A DNA stretch of 64,000 nt from Kiritimatiellia bacterium (GTDB lineage Bacteria > Verrucomicrobiota > Kiritimatiellia > RFP12 > JBMNHG01), in the NCBI GenBank assembly GCA_050950285.1, contig JBMNHG010000003.1:186001-250000 (forward strand). The letters are read 5' to 3'. The notes under the pieces were generated by a model. That model did no database searches. It was not told the DNA's origin and was given only the letters and a program-made list of their open reading frames with translations. Of this stretch, positions 19,501 through 28,460 are shown in pieces. Made by a program: the position numbers and the translations under genes. The stretch's first letter is position 1; each line of letters starts with the position of its first letter.

Positions 19501-21663
19501 TCCATCTGGGAGGCCGTCGTGGGCGTGCTGTGGTACCTCGGCCTGCTCGTCCCCTTCGTGTTCTTCTTCGAAAAACTGGTCTTCGGCTTCTCCGACATCC
19601 GCCGCCAGCTCGCCGCCGAGGCCGCCATCTTCCTCGTGGTCTTCGTGCTCCTGCGCCTGCTGCACCCGGCCTTCGCGATGATCCGCTCTTCGCTGATGAT
19701 CCTCCTCGGATTCGTCATCCTGCTCATCTCCGGCGGCATCACCATCCTCTTCTTCGGCAAGTTCCAGGAGAACCTCGAAGAACTCCGCTCCAGCCGGGGC
19801 CAGGTCGCCGCCGCCGAAATCAACAAGATGGGCGTGCTCGGCACCGCCTTCGCCCTTGGCCTGAACAACATGCACCGCCGCGCCGTCCGCACCGGCCTCA
19901 CCTGCGCCACGCTCGTGCTGCTCACCTTCGCCATGATCTGCTTCACCTCCGTCCACGACGACGTGCACAACGTGGCCACCGCCATCGGCCGGGCCCCCTA
20001 CCAGGGCCTCCTCCTCCGCGGAAAGGACTACAAGCCCATCCAGGAAAGCGAGCTCTTCGCCTTCGACACCCGCTACGGCGCCGACTACAAGGTCGCCGAG
20101 CGCCGCATGACCGTGGGCGTCTTCACCTGGGACCAGATGCGGTACAACCCATCCATCGAAATCGTCTACGAACCCGGCGACGGACCCGCCCGCCGCGCTT
20201 CCGCCACCTCCATCCTCCAGTTCAGCGAGAACGAACCCCTGCGCAGCCATATCGAGGTCACCCACGGCCGGAAATGGGTCGCCACCAAGGCCGAGGACGG
20301 CGACCTCCCCGCCGTCCTCTTCCCCGAGACGCTCCTGATGGAGCTGGGCATCCCCCCCGCCGCCGTCGACGACCCGGACCACCCCGTCAAGGTCAGCATC
20401 GCCGGCAACATGGTGCGCGTCGCAGGCGTCTTTACCGCCTCGTCCCTCGCGGATCTCCGCGACCTCGACGGCCGCGACCTCCTCCCCTTCGACGTCGTGG
20501 GGATGCGCACGATGCGCATGGAGGGCAACCATGTGCTCGCGACCGACGACGACCCCCGCCTCGACGCCGCCGGCATGGTGATCGCCCCGGTCTACCACGC
20601 CTTCAGCGGCATCTCCCGAGGATCCTCCCGCCTCGTCTCCATCGCCGTCGACCTCGGCGACGAGATCCCGTACAAGCAGGCCCGCGAGCTCATCGACCGC
20701 TACCTCGAACAGTCCGGCCATGCCGCCTACTACGGCATCGACGGCGTGGCCTACTTCGGCAAGCGCACCCGCGAGCGCAGCATGGCCGGCCTCCTCGACT
20801 TGCTCATCCCGCTCGCCATCGCGGCCATGACGGTGCTCAACACCATGCGCGGCTCCGTGTACGAACGAAAGGACGAGATCTTCGTGTACAACGCCGTCGG
20901 CATCGCCCCGAAGTACATCTTCGCCATGTTCTTCAGCGAAGCCTTCGTCTACTCCGTGGTCGGCTCCGTCCTCGGCTTCATCCTCAGCCAGGGTACCGGC
21001 ATGTTCCTCTCCGCCATCGGCTTCACCGGCGGGTTGAAGATGACCTTCACCTCGCTGAACACCATCTACGCCTCGCTCGCCATCATGGCGGCCGTCTTCC
21101 TCTCCACCCTCTTCCCCGCCCTTTCCGCGATGGAGATCGCCGCCCCCGCCGAAGAGTCCGGCTGGAAGATGCCCGAACCCGAGGGAGACCGCACCCGCAT
21201 GGTGCTGCCCTTCACCTTCGACAAGCGCGACCGCGTGGCCGTGATCGAGTTCTTCTTCCGCTTCTTCGCCGACCACGGCGAAGGCTCCTCCGGACCCTTC
21301 TTCGCCGGCCCGCCCGTCGTGGGCGTGACCGGGGAGGGCAAGGAAGCCATCCCCCACCTCGACATCCAGGTGTGGCTCAAGCCCTTCGACCTGGGCGTCT
21401 CGCAACAGATTCGCATCGACCTTCCGCACGACCCCGAAACCGGCGAATTCCTCGCCTGGGTCACCATGGAACGCCTCTCCGGAAGCCGGGAGTCCTGGAT
21501 CCGCCTGAACAAGCCCTTCGTGAGACGCCTGCGCCGCCAGTTCCTCTACTGGCGCGCCGTGACGCCGCCCGAACGCCAGGATCTCTTCGAGGCAGCCCGC
21601 GAACGCATCCTGGCCCGCTTCGCTTCCACCCCTTCCACCGCCTCTTCCAGCACACGGAGTTGA
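16552..21663 (+). CDS. Giant (1703 aa) FtsX-like permease family protein with N-terminal peptidase M28/PA-like region
   Basis: ATGA overlap with the upstream gene; N-terminal TM then FGSRLPGQPG; FtsX motifs NMHRRAVRTGLT and VLNTMRGSVYERKDEIFVYNAVGIAP...FFSEA. Confidence 0.78.
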   Translation: MSTASPPSRWRHAGIAALLLVLIAATGIAFLRFFAPHPPPEQVRPFEGYDRAAMDAAMATDAVARVQADILAFGSRLPGQPGQQATEEYLRAALRELGAELIEYPVSMPVPRTDLCRIVDASGADLADVEIHPFLPNHFQPMNTPEEGLAGTLVRVTDDVLLERDRFDDCIAVVDEDDAPASYAVNWNRYAQLGFRALIVTDTNSWDSLESSVHASIPVNYVRLAASPGILAHDGERVALHVRTRWVDAATTTLVARIRAPEATADGAREALAIACCTDACGIVPDRAFGALGASSVAEALQTFRGLVANRATLRRDLYFFAYASQFMAQAGADRLSSVLGPAYEHGETRRAHLEASIRENAAALDSVRKAAAAFDAAPGALVDPAATRALVNGMDPDTREFFAGQLAYTLNTLVMELSEVSLDARIDFLRTGEDDSDPAFEIYRKAKERYDGAMKVAGYPAVKLADTRAAFVEEHNVPARLAARLAELQAYHASRASELEACLRINRDVAGYGRLVVLSPMLTPADPRQAASGESVGFTMGYDIESMRELQGPAFAGLATFVRQRLASEFRHGEAGALDDSALTLDPYRRRGHNNAVYSLAGSLTQSVFHFNSHGYPSATLVNTDRRHAYALAGTPAVREWMTDFRGIAGSLRFLGRFALSLAHGDGRFEPPAKPTNVGTVGGRVYVANIGQSIVPNYPLAGALFGHKGTSTSYAYPGYYPNAFQFTDVYGRYAFPFTTASIRPGELGGGYSPEACCHGRDGIIAYIKDEGATGQSVYRSMNLGWDKSRGNVNIVVFRATPVAILDTVNPQNLKAFTGFGLLTREGLAPVAKQNLFAGVNDTVCAFLEPDRRFYLTLKAGSADNELVQTTRAFALGLPPADLKLDLDAEYESEIEGEGYLAADVPFLYEMPAQIAHAMLTVNGRRLDLQKRHGMADERELQFHDQGVKLLEEAPRNTTFQAVANQEREAATYAILNHPVLRESIWEAVVGVLWYLGLLVPFVFFFEKLVFGFSDIRRQLAAEAAIFLVVFVLLRLLHPAFAMIRSSLMILLGFVILLISGGITILFFGKFQENLEELRSSRGQVAAAEINKMGVLGTAFALGLNNMHRRAVRTGLTCATLVLLTFAMICFTSVHDDVHNVATAIGRAPYQGLLLRGKDYKPIQESELFAFDTRYGADYKVAERRMTVGVFTWDQMRYNPSIEIVYEPGDGPARRASATSILQFSENEPLRSHIEVTHGRKWVATKAEDGDLPAVLFPETLLMELGIPPAAVDDPDHPVKVSIAGNMVRVAGVFTASSLADLRDLDGRDLLPFDVVGMRTMRMEGNHVLATDDDPRLDAAGMVIAPVYHAFSGISRGSSRLVSIAVDLGDEIPYKQARELIDRYLEQSGHAAYYGIDGVAYFGKRTRERSMAGLLDLLIPLAIAAMTVLNTMRGSVYERKDEIFVYNAVGIAPKYIFAMFFSEAFVYSVVGSVLGFILSQGTGMFLSAIGFTGGLKMTFTSLNTIYASLAIMAAVFLSTLFPALSAMEIAAPAEESGWKMPEPEGDRTRMVLPFTFDKRDRVAVIEFFFRFFADHGEGSSGPFFAGPPVVGVTGEGKEAIPHLDIQVWLKPFDLGVSQQIRIDLPHDPETGEFLAWVTMERLSGSRESWIRLNKPFVRRLRRQFLYWRAVTPPERQDLFEAARERILARFASTPSTASSSTRS

Positions 21664-21664
21664 A

Positions 21665-23776
21665 ATGGCCCGCGCAAAAACCGGCGACAGCGAACTGACC
21701 CTGTACCGAAACCTGCTCGAGACCCCCACGGAGTTCAAGGACGGGTTCGGCTGGTCCACGGTCATCGGCATCCTCTTCTGCGGCTTCGTGATGATGCCCG
21801 GCGCCATCTACCTCGGCCTCATGACCGGCGGCAGCCTCGGCGCGGCCGCCACGTGGGTGACGCTCATCCTCTTCGGGGAGGTCTCCCGCCGCGCCCTCAA
21901 GAGCATGTCCAAGCAAGAGCTGATCGTCCTCCTGCACGCCGCCGGCGGCATCATGGGAGGCCAGGCGCTCTTCGGCACGCTCGTCTATCGCGCCTACTTC
22001 GTCACCAGCGAGGCCGTGCGCGACGCCGGGATGCGCGGCTGCTTCCCGTCGTGGTACGCCCCGGCGCCCGACAGCGCCGCCATCCTCGAACGCAACCTGT
22101 TCCATGCGGACTGGACCGTGCCGATCATCATCGTCGCGGCCCTGATGGTGATGTCGACCCTCAACCGCTACACGCTGGGCTATTTCTTCTTCCGCCTCAC
22201 CTCCGACATCGAGAAGCTGCCCTTCCCCATGGCCCCCATCTCCGCCCAGGGCGCGATGGCCATGGCCGAGGCCGACGAAAGCCGCGGCGCCCAAACCTCC
22301 GGCAACGACTCGGCGGAGGGCGCCGCGGCGCTCCTCGCCATGAAACGGGGCGAGAGAAAGAAGTCCGACCGCTGGCGCATCTTCTCCATCGGCACCACCA
22401 TCGGCATCGCCTTCGGCCTGCTCCAGGTGGGCGTCCCCGCCATCTCCGGCCTCTTCCTGGACAAGCCCTTCTACCTGATCCCCCAGCCCTTCGTCGACAC
22501 CACGACGCTCACGGAGTCGATCCTCCCCGCCACCCCCACCGGCATCACCATCGACCTCGGCCTCATGCTTACCGGCATGGTCCTCCCCTTCTGGGCCGTG
22601 ATGGGCAGCGCCTGCGCCGTGATCGGCACCATGATCGTGAACCCCTCGCTCCACCACTTCGGGGTTCTCGCCCGCTGGCAGCCCGGCATGAACGCCGTGA
22701 ACGCCTCCTACGCGAACAACGTCGACTTCTGGATGAGCTTCGGCATCGGCTCCGCCTTCGCCATCGCCGTGGTCTCCATCTTCCAGACCCTCCGCGACGT
22801 CCGCCGCCGGTCGAAGGAGCTCAAGGCCCAGCGCGCCGAAAACCCCGGCGCCCCGAGCGAAAGCATCTGGGATACGCCCCAGACCGGACGCGGCGACTGG
22901 CCCATGTGGCTCGCCCTCGGCGGCTATGTCGCCATCTCCATCGTGCAGGTGCTCTTCTGCTTCTTCGTCCTCCGCGACACCGGCACCTCCATGCACGTGC
23001 TGCTGGTCTTCCTGGTGGTCTTCATCTTCATCTACAACCCCTTCATCTCCTATGTGAACGCCCGCCTGCTCGGCATCTCCGGGCAGTCGGTCGACATCCC
23101 GTTCGTGAAGGAGACCGCCTTCATCCTCTCCGGGGCAAAGGGCGTGGAGATCTGGCTCGCCCCCATCCCCATCGCCAACTACGGCGGCCAGGCCCAGTCG
23201 TTCCGCGTGAACGAGCTCACCGGCGTGTCGTTCCGCTCGCTCTTCAAGGCCGACCTCGTCGTCCTCCCGGTGATGTTCCTGCTCTCCTGGTTCTTCTGGG
23301 GCTTCATCTGGAAGGGCAACGCCATCCCGTCGGACGTCTTCCCCACCGCCCAGATCAACTGGGAGCTCCAGTCGAAGACCGAGGCGCTGCTCTACAGCTC
23401 GACCTTCACCCCCCCGGGCGCCACCGAGCACTCCATCCTCGACTCGGAGTTCATCCAGGCGGTCCACCCCGGCGTCATCGGAACGGCCTTCCTGCTGATC
23501 CTCACCCTCTTCGGCGTTCTGCAGTCCATGGGATGGCCCACGCTGTTCGTGTACGGCCTCATCCGCGGGTTCGGCTCGTGGCCCCACAACATGCTCTTCG
23601 AACTCTCGGGCTGCCTCCTCGGGCGCTACGTCTTCCAGAAGAAGTTCGGCCGCGAAAACTTCCTGCGCATGGTGCCCATCATCCTCGCCGGATATTTCAC
23701 CGGCGTGGGCTTGATCTCCATGGCCACCATCGCCCTGCGGCTCATCCAGTCCGCCGTCTCCTCCGCCCCGTTCTAG
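21665..23776 (+). CDS. OPT-like 'peptide transporter' membrane protein
   Basis: YRNLLETPTEFKDGF, MMPGAIYLGL, SDIEKLPFPMAP motifs; many TM segments; 1 nt after the previous stop. Confidence 0.75.
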   Translation: MARAKTGDSELTLYRNLLETPTEFKDGFGWSTVIGILFCGFVMMPGAIYLGLMTGGSLGAAATWVTLILFGEVSRRALKSMSKQELIVLLHAAGGIMGGQALFGTLVYRAYFVTSEAVRDAGMRGCFPSWYAPAPDSAAILERNLFHADWTVPIIIVAALMVMSTLNRYTLGYFFFRLTSDIEKLPFPMAPISAQGAMAMAEADESRGAQTSGNDSAEGAAALLAMKRGERKKSDRWRIFSIGTTIGIAFGLLQVGVPAISGLFLDKPFYLIPQPFVDTTTLTESILPATPTGITIDLGLMLTGMVLPFWAVMGSACAVIGTMIVNPSLHHFGVLARWQPGMNAVNASYANNVDFWMSFGIGSAFAIAVVSIFQTLRDVRRRSKELKAQRAENPGAPSESIWDTPQTGRGDWPMWLALGGYVAISIVQVLFCFFVLRDTGTSMHVLLVFLVVFIFIYNPFISYVNARLLGISGQSVDIPFVKETAFILSGAKGVEIWLAPIPIANYGGQAQSFRVNELTGVSFRSLFKADLVVLPVMFLLSWFFWGFIWKGNAIPSDVFPTAQINWELQSKTEALLYSSTFTPPGATEHSILDSEFIQAVHPGVIGTAFLLILTLFGVLQSMGWPTLFVYGLIRGFGSWPHNMLFELSGCLLGRYVFQKKFGRENFLRMVPIILAGYFTGVGLISMATIALRLIQSAVSSAPF

Positions 23777-23819
23777 CGGCACGCCCCCCCGGCGGGGGCG
23801 GCCGCCCGCACCGGGCCTT

Positions 23820-25745
23820 TCACTCCTCGACGCGGCGGAAGCCGAGGGTCCACTCGATCACGGGGATGCCGAGTTCTTTGGCCGTGTCGAGGATGAACTT
23901 CCGGCGGCCGGAGGGGATTTGCTCGGTGATGATCAGGAGCCCGATGCGCTGCTCTTTCGCCACCCATGGGAGATCCTCGAAGGTGCCGAACACCGGATGC
24001 CCCACCAGGAAGCGATGGCGCAGGATGAGGGTGTCCTGGAGGATGCCCACGATCACGATGCGGTCCCGCCCGCGCAGACGCAGCTGTTCGCGGTAGAGCT
24101 GCTGGAATCGCGCCCCGCCGCAGCAGGCCAGCGCGCGGATCGCCTTCGGGTTCGCCAGGGAGCGGCGCCTCTCCAGGACGTACCGGGCTTCTTTCCCCAG
24201 GATGGGAAGGGTGCGGAAGCCCACCACGAAGAGGCTGGCGAGCGAAGCGTAGAAGAAGAGACGGGAGTCGATGCCGGACTGGTGGCCGTAGAGGACGTAC
24301 AGCAGCGATCCGGAGGCCAGGGCCCCCAGGAAGAGCACGGCGACAAGCCAGACGAAGGCGATCAGGGAGGCCTGGCTCCAGACGCGCCGGTATCCCTTCG
24401 CGAAAGCGATCGCCAGGAAGGAGGGACCGATCACGCAGAGGGTCGTGGTGCGGAGGGTGACGGAGGTGAAGGAGGCGCGGGTGGCGGCGTGGGCGAGCCA
24501 CCAGGCCGTCACGAGGGACAGCGCATCCCAGGCGATGAGGATGAGGAAGCGGAGGCGCTGGGTGATGCGGTCGCGCCGGATCGACGTCGAGAGCAGCCGG
24601 CCCGTGTCCCAGAGCTCCACGCTGTCCAGGCGCCGCGCAACCACGGAGGCCATCACCAGGAAGGCGAGCAGGAAGACGCCGCTGGCGCGGTTGTGGTGGC
24701 TGGCGAAGATGGCGACGAAACCGACCAGCACGAGCAGGGCCGTGATGCCGTAGAGGATCCCGGCGACCTTGCGCTGCGAGAAGCCGGCGTCGAGAAAGCG
24801 GTGGTGGAGGTGCGACCGGTCCGGTTGCATCACGCCCTTGATGCCCGTGCCGATGTTCTCGGGAAGGGCGGCCCGCACGGATCGGCGCCACAGCGCGAGG
24901 AAGGTGTCGAAAATCGGCACGCCCAGCGCAAGCAATGGCACGAGGAGCGACGCCACCAGCTCGTTGCGGGAAGCGGTGAGGATGGGCAGCGTGGCGAGGG
25001 CGAGGCCGAGGAACATCGACCCGCAGTCGCCCAGGATCACGGAGGCGGGGTGGAAGTTGTAGCGGAGGAAGCCGGCGCAGGCTCCCGCCAGGGCGAGGTA
25101 GGGGACTGCGTAGCCCGGGGAGCCGCGCAGGAAGAGCGACCCGGCCAGGCCGAGGGAGGCGATGAGGGCCAGCCCCGACGCCAGGCCGTCCATGCCGTCG
25201 ATGAGGTTCATCGCGTTGATCGCGCCGACGAACCAGAGCAGGGTGAGGGCGTAGTTCAGCCAGAGGGGCGTGTCGAAGGGCAGAAAACCGCCGAAGCGAA
25301 TCCCGAAGAGGAAAAGGAAGGTCGCCGTGATCGCCTGGCATGCGAGCTTGACGATGGGATTCAGGTCGAAGACGTCGTCCCACAGGCCGACGAGCGCGAG
25401 GAAGGTGGAGGCGATGGCGAAGGCCGCCAGCTTGCGGGTGTCGGGAAGGATCGGGGAGGCGTCGCCCGCGATCAGGGGGTACACGGCGAGCGCAAGGTGG
25501 AAGGCCAGGAAAAGCGCGATGCCTCCGCCGCGCGTGAGCGGCGTCTTGTTGATGCGGCGCCCCCCCGGCTGGTCCTCCACGCCGAAGTGGTGGAGAATGG
25601 CGCGCGCCAGGGGGGTGAGCGCGAGCGCGAACAGGAGCGCCGAGGCGAAGGGGAGCACGAGCCGCCAGAAGCTGGCGGATGACAGGAAGCGGAAGGGCGC
25701 TTCCAGCGTGCTCGTGGCCGAGGCGGCAAGAAAAAGACTGCTCAT
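23820..25745 (-). CDS. MraY/WecA-family (GT4) undecaprenyl-phosphate sugar-1-P transferase with C-terminal membrane plus Rossmann-like extension
   Basis: GGGIALF, VGLWDD, INAMNLIDGMDGLA, YNFHPASVILGDCGS, VPIFDT, DRSHLHHR motifs. Confidence 0.88.
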   Translation of the reverse strand: MSSLFLAASATSTLEAPFRFLSSASFWRLVLPFASALLFALALTPLARAILHHFGVEDQPGGRRINKTPLTRGGGIALFLAFHLALAVYPLIAGDASPILPDTRKLAAFAIASTFLALVGLWDDVFDLNPIVKLACQAITATFLFLFGIRFGGFLPFDTPLWLNYALTLLWFVGAINAMNLIDGMDGLASGLALIASLGLAGSLFLRGSPGYAVPYLALAGACAGFLRYNFHPASVILGDCGSMFLGLALATLPILTASRNELVASLLVPLLALGVPIFDTFLALWRRSVRAALPENIGTGIKGVMQPDRSHLHHRFLDAGFSQRKVAGILYGITALLVLVGFVAIFASHHNRASGVFLLAFLVMASVVARRLDSVELWDTGRLLSTSIRRDRITQRLRFLILIAWDALSLVTAWWLAHAATRASFTSVTLRTTTLCVIGPSFLAIAFAKGYRRVWSQASLIAFVWLVAVLFLGALASGSLLYVLYGHQSGIDSRLFFYASLASLFVVGFRTLPILGKEARYVLERRRSLANPKAIRALACCGGARFQQLYREQLRLRGRDRIVIVGILQDTLILRHRFLVGHPVFGTFEDLPWVAKEQRIGLLIITEQIPSGRRKFILDTAKELGIPVIEWTLGFRRVEE

Positions 25746-26596
25746 AGTTCGTCCTTGAGGACCTGCAGGCGGTCCCATTCCTCGACGTACCTTTCGAGGA
25801 ACCGGGTTTCGGGGGCCTCGCAAAGCGTTTCGAGCATCTCGTGCACGCGATCCTGTTCGATCTCGTACCGGGCGGCGTCGAAGAAGCCTCCCAGATGGGC
25901 GAGGCGGAGCCACACGAGATAGGTGGTCAGGGCGTCGAAGCAGTTGTACTGGACGATGTCGCGCCACCGCCCGTCAAGCCACATCCGGGCGATGTCGTCG
26001 CCGCGCGCGTCGATCTTTCCGGGGATGCCGGAGAGGGTCGCGGCCTCGTGGAGCGAGACGGCGCCGCGCGCGCCGAAGCCGCCAAGGATGTCCATCAGAT
26101 CCACGTGCCATTCGTTGTCGCGGGCGAAGTAGTCGCACCCCTCCCACGGCTTGTCGGGCCGGCGGCAGAAGCCGGGCGCGGAGACTCCGTTCACGAAGGC
26201 GCGCTGCAGGAGGATCTTCAGGTCGGCATTGCGCGAGTTGTATCCCACCAGTTGCGGCTGGCGCCGGCCCACCGCCTGGAGGAAGCGGTCGATCAGGGCG
26301 GCCTCCGCGTTCTGGGCGGGGTCGGCGGGGTCGCGGGGCATCCATATCAGGTTCAACTTCGCGTCGTCCCCGCGCCCCAGGCGATGCACGGCCGCGATCG
26401 AGACGATGCGGCACTGCACGGTGCGCAGGTAGGGGCGCGGATCCTCGGCGGTGGCCCCGCCGTTCTCCCAAAGCGCCTCCATCGCCTCGAGGTCGGTGGC
26501 CTCGGGGTCGGTCTCCAGCAGGAGCTTCGCGGCGGCGGGATCGGGGACCCACTCGCAATCGAAGGCCCACACCTCGTTCTGGATGGTCTTGAACAT
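25742..26596 (-). CDS. PolB-related 3'-5' exonuclease (WlaX-like)
   Basis: AFDCEWVPD (ExoI), LVGYNSRNADL (ExoII), HVDLMD, GIPGK, YNCFDALTTY (ExoIII). Confidence 0.85.
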   Translation of the reverse strand: MFKTIQNEVWAFDCEWVPDPAAAKLLLETDPEATDLEAMEALWENGGATAEDPRPYLRTVQCRIVSIAAVHRLGRGDDAKLNLIWMPRDPADPAQNAEAALIDRFLQAVGRRQPQLVGYNSRNADLKILLQRAFVNGVSAPGFCRRPDKPWEGCDYFARDNEWHVDLMDILGGFGARGAVSLHEAATLSGIPGKIDARGDDIARMWLDGRWRDIVQYNCFDALTTYLVWLRLAHLGGFFDAARYEIEQDRVHEMLETLCEAPETRFLERYVEEWDRLQVLKDEL

Positions 26597-26616
26597 GGCG
26601 TTTCGAAAGGAGGACG

Positions 26617-27465
26617 CTAGAAGAGGATCTGGCACCGCGGCAGGGCGGCGCGCAAGCGGTCTCGCTCCGCCTGCGGAACCCGGCATCCCATGAGGTTGAG
26701 GGTCTGGAGCGAGGCAAGCGGCGACAGATCGGCGGGAAGCTCCTGGATCGGATTGTTGCGCAGTTCCAGGGTGCGCAGACGGGCGAAGCCCGAGAGATCC
26801 TCCGGAAGCGCCGCGATCTGGTTGCCGCCCAGAAGAAGTTCGCGCAACGACGGGAGGGACAGTACGACGGGCGGGAGTTCCTTCAGGCCGTTCGACCGCA
26901 GGTAGAGCGCCTCGAGCGCGGTCAACTCCGCAAAGGAGGCGGGCAGCGTGGAAATCCGGTTCTCGTTCAGCCGCAGCCAGCGGAGCGAGGCCATCGCGCC
27001 GATGTCGTCCGGAAGCGCCGGAATCGCGTTGCGGTCGAGGTTCAGATAGCGGAGGCCCGCCAGGGACGTCACGCCGGCGGGGACCTCCGCCAGGGCGTTG
27101 TCGGAGGCATACAGTTCCTCGAGGCTCTCCAGGCCGCCGAGCCCCGCGCCGAAGTCCGCCATGCCCGTCTCGGAAAGGTCGAGATGGTGAAGCCGGTCGA
27201 GGCGCGCCACCACCGCGGGCAGGGCGTCGCGGCGCTGCCCGCGCAGGCTCAGGCGCACCAGCCCTTCGCAATCGGCCAGCGCGTCCGGAAGCTCCGACAC
27301 CGGCGCCCCGCAGAGATCCAGGAACGATCGCTCCGACGGATTCGCCACCATGTCGGCAGGATCGGTGCGCCGGACCAGGCGGTCGGGCGCCTCGCGATGG
27401 TCGAAGCACCCCGCCACGAGAAGGGCGCCGAGAAGAGGGAGGGAGAAAGCAATGCGCATGTGCAT
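26617..27465 (-). CDS. Leucine-rich-repeat lipoprotein
   Basis: Lipobox LVAG-C; repeated LxxLxLxxNxLxxLP units. Confidence 0.85.
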   Translation of the reverse strand: MHMRIAFSLPLLGALLVAGCFDHREAPDRLVRRTDPADMVANPSERSFLDLCGAPVSELPDALADCEGLVRLSLRGQRRDALPAVVARLDRLHHLDLSETGMADFGAGLGGLESLEELYASDNALAEVPAGVTSLAGLRYLNLDRNAIPALPDDIGAMASLRWLRLNENRISTLPASFAELTALEALYLRSNGLKELPPVVLSLPSLRELLLGGNQIAALPEDLSGFARLRTLELRNNPIQELPADLSPLASLQTLNLMGCRVPQAERDRLRAALPRCQILF

Positions 27466-27585
27466 GGAAAAGTTCCTTGCGTTCCTGTCCCGTTTCGGTA
27501 GCATAATGGGCATGCTGAAATCGGGCATGGGATCAAGTATACCCCAACTTCAGCCAGAACTTCAACCGTCAAGGAAGACCATCCG

Positions 27586-28317
27586 ATGAACATGAAGAGC
27601 GTTTTGACCGTCGCGGCCCTCTGCGCCGCTTGCCTGACCCTCCCGGCCGTCGCGGCACCGCGTGTCTCCGACTCCTGTGGAATGGACTACCTCGTGGCCG
27701 CCCAGAATCTCTCTCCGTGGTACGCGGGCGCCTTCTTCCGCAACCACGACCGCGACATCACCCTCGACAACGGCATCCGCCACAGGTTCAACACCGACCG
27801 CGCCGGCGGCTTCGTGGCCTTCGACATCACCCGCTGGCTCACCGTGTACGGCATGGCCGCCTGCACCTGGAACAACTTCGACGACGTGAGCCACCGCCAG
27901 GATACCTCCACCTTCTACGGCGCCGGCCTCTGGTTCAACATCCTCGATCACGACCTCCTCGACGGCCTGATGCTCGAGAACCGCTTCCGCCTCGACGCCT
28001 GCGCCCAGTTCATGATGGGCGACACCGAGATCGTCGGCGAGGATCTCTCCTACGTGGAGTTCTACGGCTCCCTCACCGCCAGCATCGTGAACGAAATCGT
28101 CGGCGACAAGTCCATGTGGCCCGAGGCCATCGGCGTCTTCTTCGGCCCCTCCGTCACCTCGTGGGACAGCAGCGACTTCGATGCCGACCACGAGGACCTC
28201 GGCTTCGCCGTGGGCCTGGACGTGTACCTCACCCGCCGCACCATCCTGAGCGCCGCCTTCGAAATCTACGAAAAGGGCGAAAACGCCACCGGCATAACCC
28301 TCGGCACCCGCTTCTGA
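27586..28317 (+). CDS. Outer-membrane beta-barrel protein
   Basis: Signal peptide, alternating amphipathic strands, C-terminal ...GITLGTRF. Confidence 0.7.
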   Translation: MNMKSVLTVAALCAACLTLPAVAAPRVSDSCGMDYLVAAQNLSPWYAGAFFRNHDRDITLDNGIRHRFNTDRAGGFVAFDITRWLTVYGMAACTWNNFDDVSHRQDTSTFYGAGLWFNILDHDLLDGLMLENRFRLDACAQFMMGDTEIVGEDLSYVEFYGSLTASIVNEIVGDKSMWPEAIGVFFGPSVTSWDSSDFDADHEDLGFAVGLDVYLTRRTILSAAFEIYEKGENATGITLGTRF

Positions 28318-28344
28318 TCCCCCCCTCCCATTGCTCCGTGCCCC

Positions 28345-28383
28345 AAACGGCGCGCCGCAGAAAAAGCGGCGCGCCGTTTTTTT
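28345..28383 (+). terminator. Rho-independent terminator
   Basis: AAACGGCGCGCCGC-agaaaaa-GCGGCGCGCCGTTT followed by a T-run. Confidence 0.8.
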
Positions 28384-28385
28384 CG

Positions 28386-28414
28386 TTCCACCCCGCGCAT
28401 CCGCTTGGTATGAT
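28386..28414 (+). promoter_or_regulatory. Putative sigma70 promoter for the sugar kinase
   Basis: TTCCAC-N17-TATGAT with TG extended -10. Confidence 0.45.
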
Positions 28415-28460
28415 GCCGGTATCCGCACACGTGTCGAAACTTCGTATTCCAGGGTATGTC

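Noticed and set aside
10303..21663. 3786-aa ORF
   Set aside because: The first ~2080 codons are an off-frame shadow over mutS, uvrB and the transporter in high-GC DNA; protein-like sequence starts at ATG 16552.
8942..21807. Long antisense ORFs (2058 aa, 1758 aa) and similar Arg/Gly/Pro-rich ORFs
   Set aside because: Stop-poor shadows of real high-GC genes with no recognisable motifs.
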